Source of the DNA: a virus
Taxonomy: Duplodnaviria > Caudoviricetes
Strand: one strand, 5' to 3'
Virus record (IMG/VR): IMGVR_UViG_2923088545_000001
Span: 40 to 64,039 of that record
DNA length: 64,000 nucleotides
Part shown: piece by piece, positions 54,705 through 62,893 of the stretch
Numbering within the stretch: position 1 is the stretch's first letter
Layout of the letters: each line of letters starts with the position of its first letter
Made by a program: the position numbers and the translations under genes
The notes under the pieces: generated by a model
What the model saw: the letters and a program-made list of their open reading frames with translations, nothing else
Databases searched by the model: none
Told to the model about the DNA's origin: nothing

Positions 54705-56585
54705 ATGGCTAACGTATTTTTAAAGCGAATAGCGTCGGCGTGGGATCGTATTGCGCGTAATAACCTAAACGATAACTTTTCGAACATCGAGCAAGGTTTT
54801 ACGAAGGTCACGGCTGAGCTAAACGCCCACAAAAACGCATCGCCCGCACACAAGTCCGAGCAAATTCAGCACGGGCTTTTTACTGCTGCCAATCGCCTAG
54901 ATAACTTGAACGCACGCTTTGCGAACCTCGTCGTTAATCACGATGGCGAAGACGTCAAAGAAGTCGTTGACTTGCGGGTAGCTCTCGACGCATCTACGCA
55001 TCCGACGGCGAAAGATCGTTTCGATTACGACTTCGCTAAGCTAATGAAGAAAATCGAAGACATGGCCGTATTTGTTTCGCTGCGTCCGTACTTAGAGAAA
55101 TACGGAAACTTTGACGACGCAATGCAAGCGGCACTGGACCTGTCGAAATCAACGCCTATTACACTTGTCGTTCCGCCTGGAAACTATACGCAGACTCGAA
55201 CGCTTCGTATTTTCAGAAACACTCGGCTGATCGTTCAAGGAGGCGCAGTTATCAAACGGAATTTCGTTGGCTCAATGCTGGTCAACGGACTTGAAACGGA
55301 TAATTTTAGCGGCTACAACGGACATGGAAATATCGTGATTGAGGGCGACGGGACCTTCGATAGCAACGGAACCGTCATCAAGCAGCAATGCTCCGTCTTC
55401 GGGTTCGCACATGCGGACGGAATCATCATTCGCGATATTACCGTATTGGACGTCGTAGGTGGGCATGCATTTGACTGCGCAGGCAACCAAAACGTCTTGA
55501 TAGAAAACGTTAAATTTAAAGGATACGCTGACTACGTAGGCGACCGTTGGTTCTCGGCAGCCATTCAGATCGACTTAATGCGTTCTTCTGCAAACTTCGG
55601 CGCTTTCGGTTCGTACGATCAAACCGTCACAAGAAACATCGTCATTCGCGGAAACTATTTCGGAAAATCAAACAACCTCGGTGGTTGGGCGCGTGCGGTC
55701 GATTCACATACGAGTACGGACGGCGTTTGGTATTCGGTCATCCGCATCTTAGACAACGTCATCGAAGACACGACTGAATACGCGATCAGCGGGAACAAAT
55801 GGTACGATACGCGAATCAGCGGAAACAAAATAAATAACTGCGCTTCGGGAATCCGTATTCTTTTGCCGTCTGTGTCGTCTCAATATACGCAAGATGCAAA
55901 CGGAAATCCGACGGGGCGCGTCAATAAAACGAAGCATCACATTATCACCGAAAATACGATTACGAACATCACGAAGAACCACGCGATTCAAGTATACGGA
56001 CGGAAAGATTATCAGACGATCGACGACGTAGTTATCTCCGGAAACATAATTGACGGGGTTGTTGAGCGACATGGCATCCACATCTCCGACGTCTACAACT
56101 ATACGATCGGAAATAACGTAGTCGATAACGTAGGACACCATGGTATTTTGATAACACGTAGCACATACGGCTCAGCTACTGCAAATACGCTACGAGGCAT
56201 TAAAGGTAACGGAATCCGTATCGAAGAGGGCTTGTGTAATAACGTAACGGTCGCAAATAACATTCTGAAAGACGTTGGCTTTTCCGGTATCTCCGTATCA
56301 GGGGAATCGCGAAGAGTACGCGTCTTTTTTAATACGCTCGTAGATGTCGGAACGAGGGCGACTGAAAGCGACGGTTATGACGGAATCATTTTCTTATCCG
56401 GCGTAGCTCGGTCCATGTGCGCGTTTAACGATATTACTGGACTTGGTATGCGTCACGGTATTTATCTAACGAATACTTGCTCGCAGATATCCACGTACGG
56501 AAACTATGTAAAAGGTGCGGGCTTTGACGACAGTTACAACGACAACAGTATCGACCCGATCACTTCGACTGCGAACGTTATTTAA
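54705..56585 (+). CDS. Tail spike with right-handed beta-helix (putative depolymerase/RBP)
   Basis: EVVDLR N-domain; VPPGNY; many GN.I..N parallel beta-helix repeats. Confidence 0.8.
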   Translation: MANVFLKRIASAWDRIARNNLNDNFSNIEQGFTKVTAELNAHKNASPAHKSEQIQHGLFTAANRLDNLNARFANLVVNHDGEDVKEVVDLRVALDASTHPTAKDRFDYDFAKLMKKIEDMAVFVSLRPYLEKYGNFDDAMQAALDLSKSTPITLVVPPGNYTQTRTLRIFRNTRLIVQGGAVIKRNFVGSMLVNGLETDNFSGYNGHGNIVIEGDGTFDSNGTVIKQQCSVFGFAHADGIIIRDITVLDVVGGHAFDCAGNQNVLIENVKFKGYADYVGDRWFSAAIQIDLMRSSANFGAFGSYDQTVTRNIVIRGNYFGKSNNLGGWARAVDSHTSTDGVWYSVIRILDNVIEDTTEYAISGNKWYDTRISGNKINNCASGIRILLPSVSSQYTQDANGNPTGRVNKTKHHIITENTITNITKNHAIQVYGRKDYQTIDDVVISGNIIDGVVERHGIHISDVYNYTIGNNVVDNVGHHGILITRSTYGSATANTLRGIKGNGIRIEEGLCNNVTVANNILKDVGFSGISVSGESRRVRVFFNTLVDVGTRATESDGYDGIIFLSGVARSMCAFNDITGLGMRHGIYLTNTCSQISTYGNYVKGAGFDDSYNDNSIDPITSTANVI

Positions 56586-56599
56586 AGGGAGGAAAACGG

Positions 56600-58033
56600 A
56601 TGTTAGCAAAAGATGGCGCTTTGTCTTTCGACGTCAATGCGCAAACAAAGCGGCCTATCAATGCCGCCATACAATTCAGCACGCAGGATATAAACACGGC
56701 GCGCCTGTCCTTTAAACTCACGAAAGACGGCGTACCGTTGCCGTTGTCTGCGGTCGTAGGTAAATTAGTCCTTTCGATGGCGGATGGGAGCCGTTTTATT
56801 CGAGCAATTACACTAGTTAATAAGCCGGAAGGTCTCGCCGAATACGTTTTAGGTGCGGACGAAATTCGTCATTACGGCACAGTAAAAGCCGAGCTTATTT
56901 TGTATTACACGAACGGTCAGGCTCTTTCTATTCATAAATTCGGCTTCAGCATCGAGCAGTCACTTATCGACCAAGACATCGTCCCTGTAGCGGAATATTA
57001 CATCGACGACTTTGAAACGCTGCGCGGTCAAATTAATGATCTTTACGACGACGTTGTTGCAACCGTTGCGGAAATCGAAGCGAAGTTCGAAGACCTGGAT
57101 AACGTTGAAACGAAGGCTGGCGCGCAGGAAAAGGTCGATGCGCATGCAGAAAACACAGATGTACACGTAACGCCTCAGAAGAAAGCGGAGTGGGACGCCA
57201 AGGAGACGACGGCCGGCGCCCAAGCGAAAGTAACCGCACACGCAAATGATGCAGTAAAGCACGTAACTAGCGAAGAGCGGTCGACATGGAACTCGAAGGA
57301 GACTACGTCAGGTGCGCAGCAGAAGGTCGATCTTCACGCGAACAATCTAGATTTGCACGTTACCGCGGACGATAAGACGAAGTGGAATGCGGGGCAGCTC
57401 CGGAAGCTAACGGCTGATACGGGTTCTTTCAAACTTAACCTAGCTGGCAAGGACTTATATACGGATTTACTAACGGCCCGTACGGCAACTTTCTACGGAA
57501 ATAGTACGTCAGCAAACGGACCTAGCTCGGCTTCGCTACGTGGATTTCAGATTGCGGAGGATAATGTTGGCGAAGTACTGGCGATGGGTAACGACGGATC
57601 TACTTGGCGCAATACCTTCGGTTCAGGCACTTTCCGTGGATGGAGACGGCTTTTAGATACGAAAGACACCGTCGTTGTTTGGGAAACGCCGTCGTTAGGC
57701 AATGGGTGGAAGCAATACGTATCACCGGACGGATTTCCGCACACGTTGCGCTACACAAAAGACGCATTCGGAATCGTTGAGATTATCGGCTCAATCGCAG
57801 GTGGGGCGCTGGGTAATAACGTCGCGGCGTTCACATTGTTGCCGGATTATTTCCCGATCCAATCAATGCATTTTATCGGAGTAGCTTCGAGTGTAGGAAC
57901 GACAAACGTACCGCAGTACCACCGTACGTACATCGGAACAGACGGTAAGGTTTGTATTCAATCGTGTTCTAACACGGCTAATCCGAACGAGTTTATAACG
58001 TTTGGCTTCCGTTTTAGGGCGGCGAAAGTATAG
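56600..58033 (+). CDS. BppU-family upper baseplate / fibre protein
   Basis: FSTQDINTARLSFKL; three 32-aa ETxxGAQxKVxxH repeats; gp53-like C-terminus. Confidence 0.82.
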   Translation: MLAKDGALSFDVNAQTKRPINAAIQFSTQDINTARLSFKLTKDGVPLPLSAVVGKLVLSMADGSRFIRAITLVNKPEGLAEYVLGADEIRHYGTVKAELILYYTNGQALSIHKFGFSIEQSLIDQDIVPVAEYYIDDFETLRGQINDLYDDVVATVAEIEAKFEDLDNVETKAGAQEKVDAHAENTDVHVTPQKKAEWDAKETTAGAQAKVTAHANDAVKHVTSEERSTWNSKETTSGAQQKVDLHANNLDLHVTADDKTKWNAGQLRKLTADTGSFKLNLAGKDLYTDLLTARTATFYGNSTSANGPSSASLRGFQIAEDNVGEVLAMGNDGSTWRNTFGSGTFRGWRRLLDTKDTVVVWETPSLGNGWKQYVSPDGFPHTLRYTKDAFGIVEIIGSIAGGALGNNVAAFTLLPDYFPIQSMHFIGVASSVGTTNVPQYHRTYIGTDGKVCIQSCSNTANPNEFITFGFRFRAAKV

Positions 58034-58044
58034 GAGGTGCTTTA

Positions 58045-58332
58045 ATGATCCGCGTATATAAATACGATGAAAATTATGTATGGCAAGCAGCCGGAGAAAT
58101 ACTCGTTGATACAGAGAATGGTGAAGAAATTCCGGAAGGATACACGCCAGTCAAACCACAAGACGGTCTGTTTATCGCGACATTCGATCCGGAGAAAGAA
58201 GAGTGGTTCGAGGGTGCAACGCAAGAGTACATCGACAGTCTGTTTCCGGAAGCTGCGCCTACTGAACTCGAACTCGTTCGCCAGCAACAAGCGGAATTGG
58301 TTTTCACGTTAATGATGAAGGGAGTGATTTAA
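58045..58332 (+). CDS. Tail fibre assembly-like small protein
   Basis: YKYDENY...YTPVKPQDGLF...FDPEKEEW. Confidence 0.7.
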   Translation: MIRVYKYDENYVWQAAGEILVDTENGEEIPEGYTPVKPQDGLFIATFDPEKEEWFEGATQEYIDSLFPEAAPTELELVRQQQAELVFTLMMKGVI

Positions 58333-58472
58333 TGAACTGGTTCGCGATCATCAAGAAGTTTTATGCAGACGGAGATTGGACGAAGGAACAAGTCGCGGCG
58401 GCGGTCGTCATGAAGAAAATTACGTCGGAACAATACGAAGAAATTACGGGCGAGCCTTACGTAGAAGCGTAG
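58332..58472 (+). CDS. XkdX-family protein (46 aa)
   Basis: IKKFYADGDWTKEQV...KITSEQYEEITG. Confidence 0.85.
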   Translation: MNWFAIIKKFYADGDWTKEQVAAAVVMKKITSEQYEEITGEPYVEA

Positions 58473-58504
58473 GCTTTTTATTTTGCACTTAAGGAGGATT
58501 TGCG

Positions 58505-58816
58505 GTGACTCAACCGACTACGCACGAACTTAATGAAAAGATCGCGAAGATACAGGTCGACATCGCCACCATCATCGCAACACAACAACATCAGACGCGC
58601 ATCTTCGAGGAGTTCCGAGAAATGGCGGCAACGGCGCTATCTAGGGCGGACACGGCTGACGACAAGGCGAACGAAGCCCTGCGTATTGCTCAAACGGCCC
58701 GAGACGATCTACGAGAATACCGCGACCAGGTTAAAGGTGACCGACGTTGGCTTATCGGGATTGCGGTTCCGGTAATGCTGGCGTTGGTGCCGGTCCTGTT
58801 CCGTTATTACTTCTAA
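58505..58816 (+). CDS. Holin-like/XhlA-like membrane protein
   Basis: Coiled coil plus C-terminal TM; upstream of endolysin. Confidence 0.65.
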   Translation: MTQPTTHELNEKIAKIQVDIATIIATQQHQTRIFEEFREMAATALSRADTADDKANEALRIAQTARDDLREYRDQVKGDRRWLIGIAVPVMLALVPVLFRYYF

Positions 58817-58841
58817 ATAAAACGAAAAGGGAGACGATTAT

Positions 58842-59693
58842 ATGACGATTAAAGTGACACAGGATCTAGTATCTCCGAGTAAATACGGTATTAAATGTCC
58901 GAATACAATGGATGCAAAGTATATCACGTTCCACAATACTGCGAATGATGCATCGGCCAAAAATGAGATTTCGTATATGAACGGTAACAGCAATCAGGTC
59001 TCGTTCCACTTCGCAGTAGATGACGTAGAAGTGCGTCAAGGAATTCCGGTTAATAGAAACGCTTGGCACTGCGGAGATGGGGGCGGCGCTAATAGTGGAA
59101 ACAGAACGTCAATTGGCGTCGAGGTTTGTTATTCAGAGTCCGGCGGCGAGCGGTACAAAAAAGCGGAAGCACTAGCGATTAAGTTCATTGCGCAGCTTCT
59201 AAAAGAACGCGGCTGGGGCGTCGATCGCGTTAAAAAGCATGAAGATTGGAGCGGAAAGCATTGCCCACACCGTGTACTCGATGAAGGTCGTTGGGGCGCA
59301 GTTAAAGCGGCAATTGCGAAGGAACTCGCTGCTCTAAACGGAAGTAAGGCGCCTGCTAAAACGGGGACAGCGACTAAGCCGGTGAAAACGTCTAAACCAA
59401 AGGCGCCTAGTAAAACGACGTCTAAAAAACTAAAGGTACCGACTGGCGTTATCCGACAAGGTGCTCGCGGAACGGCCGTCACGCAACTTCAGAACGCACT
59501 AGCATCCGTTTATTTCTATCCGGACAAAGGGGCGAAGAATAACGGCATCGACGGTATTTACGGTCCGAAAACGGCAAGCGCAGTCAAGCGATTCCAATCG
59601 ACGCAGTCCGGCATTGCAAACGACGGCATCTACGGACCAGCAACACGTACCAAATTAGTGGCGGCACTAAAGAAAGCGGGGTATAGCATATGA
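58842..59693 (+). CDS. Endolysin, N-acetylmuramoyl-L-alanine amidase with PG-binding domain (XlyA-like)
   Basis: ITFHNTAN, SFHFAVD, AWHCGDG, WSGKHCP; DGIYGPKT x2. Confidence 0.93.
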   Translation: MTIKVTQDLVSPSKYGIKCPNTMDAKYITFHNTANDASAKNEISYMNGNSNQVSFHFAVDDVEVRQGIPVNRNAWHCGDGGGANSGNRTSIGVEVCYSESGGERYKKAEALAIKFIAQLLKERGWGVDRVKKHEDWSGKHCPHRVLDEGRWGAVKAAIAKELAALNGSKAPAKTGTATKPVKTSKPKAPSKTTSKKLKVPTGVIRQGARGTAVTQLQNALASVYFYPDKGAKNNGIDGIYGPKTASAVKRFQSTQSGIANDGIYGPATRTKLVAALKKAGYSI

Positions 59694-59929
59694 AGACGAA
59701 TATTAGCGCAGGAACGGTGAGTCGATTTATTTTGCTTGCGTTGGCACTCGTAAACAGCGGGCTGACGATGTTTGGCATACAGACGATTCCGGTAGACGAA
59801 GCGGCAGTGTCCGATTTTATTGCGTTGCTGTTTCTCGGGGCAACTTCGCTATTAGCGTACTGGAAGGATAATGACGTGTCTAAGAAGGCGCGCGAAAGAA
59901 AAGCTTTGGATGAAGTCGGCAAGAAATAA
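59690..59929 (+). CDS. SPP1-family holin
   Basis: GTVSRFILLALALVN...AYWKDNDV. Confidence 0.88.
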   Translation: MKTNISAGTVSRFILLALALVNSGLTMFGIQTIPVDEAAVSDFIALLFLGATSLLAYWKDNDVSKKARERKALDEVGKK

Positions 59930-60019
59930 GCGGAACTTTCGGCGGTTGCTTACGTATAAAAACGTAGGTAGCCGTCTTACATAACAATAACGTATAATTG
60001 AACGGAGGGAGGAGATCGG

Positions 60020-60343
60020 ATGGTAAACGTATTAACATATAGAATAATGATGATTCTCGGAATTTTAATCGCAGTCGGAGGTTGTATCGGGGCTTTCGTT
60101 TTATACGACCAAGCTATCGTTGATGGGGCGGCTGTGGGTAAGAAACTTATTTCGACGATGGATGACACTACATTGGCTGACTTCGCAAAAGAAACGTATG
60201 AGACTTCGAAGGCTAAAGCCGATCAAATGTGGTTGAGCGTAATTGTGAGCGGAGTTGGCGGCTTATTTTTAGGTGCTATTTTATTCGCCATTGCGGTCAT
60301 CCTCCGAGTGATTGTACGTAGAGATATAGCGGTAAGTAAATAA
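60020..60343 (+). CDS. Accessory 2-TM membrane protein with own promoter
   Basis: TATAAT and GGAGG upstream; terminator downstream. Confidence 0.7.
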   Translation: MVNVLTYRIMMILGILIAVGGCIGAFVLYDQAIVDGAAVGKKLISTMDDTTLADFAKETYETSKAKADQMWLSVIVSGVGGLFLGAILFAIAVILRVIVRRDIAVSK

Positions 60344-60361
60344 TATCGGAAAGCCCCGTCC

Positions 60362-60715
60362 CTAGCCGGATGGGGCGTTTTTTACGTTTAGTATATCCGC
60401 AAACTTAACGAAATTAGTATCGCCTCGATTATCCTTCACACGAAATTCCTTCCGTAGATGGTCTACGTATGTAACGCGTCCACTTACTTCGCGAACAAAG
60501 CCGTCATCGTATAGCTCGAAAAACAGCGGCAAATCTTCGCTCATTGCCGAAGAAATAACGAACTCAAATTCGGCGAATTGTTCTTCGCTTAATACCGGCC
60601 GTTCTATCTTCTGCTTCGCGAGGCGTAATTGACGCAAAGCTTCGTTGTGCTCCGGCAAAATGAACTTCATCTTCCAGCGGTTCTGATCCTTCCGTTCGTC
60701 CCACATCGGCGACAC
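60362..60715 (-). CDS. YolD-like protein
   Basis: WKMKFILPEHNEAL...ERPVLSEEQ...GRVTYVD. Confidence 0.9.
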   Translation of the reverse strand: MSPMWDERKDQNRWKMKFILPEHNEALRQLRLAKQKIERPVLSEEQFAEFEFVISSAMSEDLPLFFELYDDGFVREVSGRVTYVDHLRKEFRVKDNRGDTNFVKFADILNVKNAPSG

Positions 60716-60733
60716 CTCCGGTTAAATTATAAC

Positions 60734-60747
60734 CGAATGTGTGTTCG
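60734..60747. promoter_or_regulatory. LexA (SOS/Cheo) box inside the yolD-like promoter
   Basis: CGAATGTGTGTTCG between TTGATA and TATAAT (minus strand). Confidence 0.75.
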
Positions 60748-60751
60748 TTTA

Positions 60752-61000
60752 TCAATCGTTACTTTTATAAGCATTATTCATAGCTTCTCGCAATTCTTCA
60801 TCGACGGAAGGAGCCTCGTTATCAATTTTGAAGAACAGCTTCTCTAGTAGATTTTCTAATTGTTCTATATTCGTGCGTAAATAGCCGTCATTTCTGTTTT
60901 TGGTTAATTCGTAAATTCGTTCACTCTTCAAGTCGTTGAGTTTATTTTTGATTTCAGTTAGTTCCCTAGAATAACGTTTACTTACAGTCTTTCCATCCAT
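60752..61000 (-). CDS. Hypothetical protein
   Basis: AAGGAGG RBS. Confidence 0.65.
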   Translation of the reverse strand: MDGKTVSKRYSRELTEIKNKLNDLKSERIYELTKNRNDGYLRTNIEQLENLLEKLFFKIDNEAPSVDEELREAMNNAYKSND

Positions 61001-61024
61001 GCGTTTTCCTCCTTAGATTTACGT

Positions 61025-61228
61025 TCATCTTACCTCAAACAATTTATTCATATCACGTATTTCTAACACCTCGCATATCTTTCCGATGTGTGTTCGATTA
61101 ACTGTTGTTCTTTGTTGTTGCGATATCTCACTGATAACATTCGGGCGCAATCCTGCTCTTTCTGCGAGTTCTTTTTTAGTCATGCCGATTTCTGCAAGAA
61201 GATCGTCTAACTTTACGTATAACTCCAT
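61025..61228 (-). CDS. XRE HTH regulator (paralog of 35628 gene)
   Basis: MTKKELAERAGLRPNVISEI. Confidence 0.85.
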   Translation of the reverse strand: MELYVKLDDLLAEIGMTKKELAERAGLRPNVISEISQQQRTTVNRTHIGKICEVLEIRDMNKLFEVR

Positions 61229-61257
61229 CGAATTACCTCCGTTTCTATAGATTTAGT

Positions 61258-61357
61258 ATATCGGAATATCGCTATCATGTAAATAAAAATATTGACATAT
61301 CGATATTTATATCGTTAATATTAAAATAACGATATAGCGATATGGAGGTATCGATAT
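61258..61357. repeat. Array of about 8 ATATCG/CGATAT half-sites over a divergent promoter
   Basis: Copies at 61258, 61266, 61297, 61301, 61309, 61330, 61338, 61352; TTGACA at 61292. Confidence 0.75.
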
Positions 61358-62144
61358 GCATTACTTAGCGGAACACCAAACGTTCTCATCAACGCAGGCT
61401 CTAAATACGGCCGTCTACGAACACATCAAACGAAATTCATACGACCTATCCGACACAGCGCGGACCGCACTTAAACAGATCGCACGCTATGCGGTTAAGT
61501 TCGCAGGCGCAGCGCATCTCAAAGCGGAGACCTTAGCGGACCTGATCGGTAAATCCGTCAAGACGGCGCGCCGTGTTCTTAATCAATTGGCTGCGCTGAA
61601 CATCGTCAAAAAGATCGCAACGACTCGTAAAATCAACGGGGGCAAGGGCGCCAACATAATCGTCATCTTGCCGTTAGCTGCGAATGACCAGTCGACAATG
61701 TCCACTCGACCAGCGACGGAAAACGCCGATGTGCCAACGGTTGAGACGGTCAAAATCGAAAATGAACCATCGGATTCTATTAATCACTTAAATCAAAAGC
61801 ACGTTAAAGATACGGCTGCGGTGCCGGCTGAAGCGCTGAAAAACTCGTTGCCAACGGAAATCTACAACGCTATGAGTCGATACTTTGACGCAGCAGAAAT
61901 CTATAAATATTACGGCTTGTTATTGCGTGCTAAGGCTTCCGTAGATCCTTCGCTAATGATCGAGCATGATCCGGAGCCTTTCGTAGATGCGTGGCATAAG
62001 ACGATACTCAAAGCGAAATTGAACGAAATTAGCCGTTTTGATGACTACGTGTATATTTCGTTCCAACGTGCAGCAAGCGAGGCAAAACGTAGGAAAATGC
62101 GTGGTAAATTAGAGGCGTTCGAAGCGTTTCTTGAAGCGGAATAA
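61356..62144 (+). CDS. Winged-HTH protein (Rep-like N-terminus)
   Basis: HLKAETLADLIGKSVKTARRVLNQL; GGAGG RBS. Confidence 0.75.
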   Translation: MHYLAEHQTFSSTQALNTAVYEHIKRNSYDLSDTARTALKQIARYAVKFAGAAHLKAETLADLIGKSVKTARRVLNQLAALNIVKKIATTRKINGGKGANIIVILPLAANDQSTMSTRPATENADVPTVETVKIENEPSDSINHLNQKHVKDTAAVPAEALKNSLPTEIYNAMSRYFDAAEIYKYYGLLLRAKASVDPSLMIEHDPEPFVDAWHKTILKAKLNEISRFDDYVYISFQRAASEAKRRKMRGKLEAFEAFLEAE

Positions 62145-62219
62145 TTCGGGTGGGTATCGCATGAAATACTTGCAGAATAGCGCTCCTATCGTCTATAATA
62201 CGAAGTATCGAAGTGAAAC

Positions 62220-62291
62220 CGTTTGACTTACCGACTGACTTAACGTCTATATACCAACGTTTGACTTACCGACTGACTTACCGGAGACTTA
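62220..62291 (+). repeat. Integrase arm-type repeats
   Basis: 23-bp CGTTTGACTTACCGACTGACTTA x2 (62220, 62258); GACTTA x5. Confidence 0.8.
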
Positions 62292-62296
62292 TCGTA

Positions 62297-62342
62297 TACC
62301 TTGACAGGGTAGAGGTCGCTGGTTCGAGCCCAGTCGGAATCA
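62297..62342 (+). tRNA. attR core: 3' half of tRNA-Val(GAC), not a complete tRNA
   Basis: TACC-TTGACAG-GGTAG-AGGTC-GCTGG-TTCGAGC-CCAGT-CGGAATCA; acceptor 5' strand and D-arm absent. Confidence 0.9.
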
Positions 62343-62345
62343 TCG

Positions 62346-62375
62346 TTGAAACCCTTGCGTAGCAAGGGTTTTTTG
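62346..62375 (+). terminator. Terminator after tRNA remnant
   Basis: AAACCCTTG-CGTAG-CAAGGGTTT plus T tract. Confidence 0.8.
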
Positions 62376-62478
62376 TTTTTTGGGCTACGAATATTTGTTC
62401 TGTTTCTTTTGATTGGGGGACGAACTTTATTCACCAGATGGTTGATTTGAACGAAATTGAAAATGGTTTTTTAAAAAG

Positions 62479-62691
62479 ATGCAATATCACATTGAAAAAA
62501 CAAGAGATGAAGATGATCTTTATGAAGTAGCTTCTACGATTAACAACGTTCTCTTATTGAATCCCAATATGCCAATCAACGATAAAATTAATGGAAATCT
62601 AAATCAAATTGCTAAATTTTTAGAAAAAAATAAAGATCCACTTATAGTAAATCTCGGAGAACATATTGCTATGAAAACAAGTTTCCTTTAG
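62479..62691 (+). CDS. Small hypothetical ORF or gene remnant (host side)
   Basis: AT-rich ORF, weak RBS. Confidence 0.3.
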   Translation: MQYHIEKTRDEDDLYEVASTINNVLLLNPNMPINDKINGNLNQIAKFLEKNKDPLIVNLGEHIAMKTSFL

Positions 62692-62893
62692 TAAGCTTGG
62701 GCACAAAAAACAGGCCATACTAGTGGAAGATTTATTTGGAGTATCATCAAATAATAAAAGGCATACCAGAGAGGCGAATTCGTCTCTCTTTTTTTGTTCT
62801 TTTTTGCGGTTTCTTTTCGGTGTGGAATATTCAAACGGATGATAATATATGTAATTATAGGGAAAATAAAGGAATGGATAGGGGGAGGTTTGT

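Larger units (their letters stand above)
1..62342 (+). mobile_element. Temperate Bacillus siphovirus prophage (left end and attL lie before the window)
   Basis: Integrase at left; replication, head, tail and lysis modules in order; duplicated tRNA-Val 3' half (attR) at 62297-62342, followed by AT-richer host-like DNA. Confidence 0.95.

Noticed and set aside
34005-60380. Recurrent TTAG loops in several terminators as a special signal
   Set aside because: UUAG fits the generically stable YNMG tetraloop class, so no special function is needed
62297-62342. Functional tRNA gene
   Set aside because: The 5' acceptor strand and D-arm are absent; it is the att duplicate
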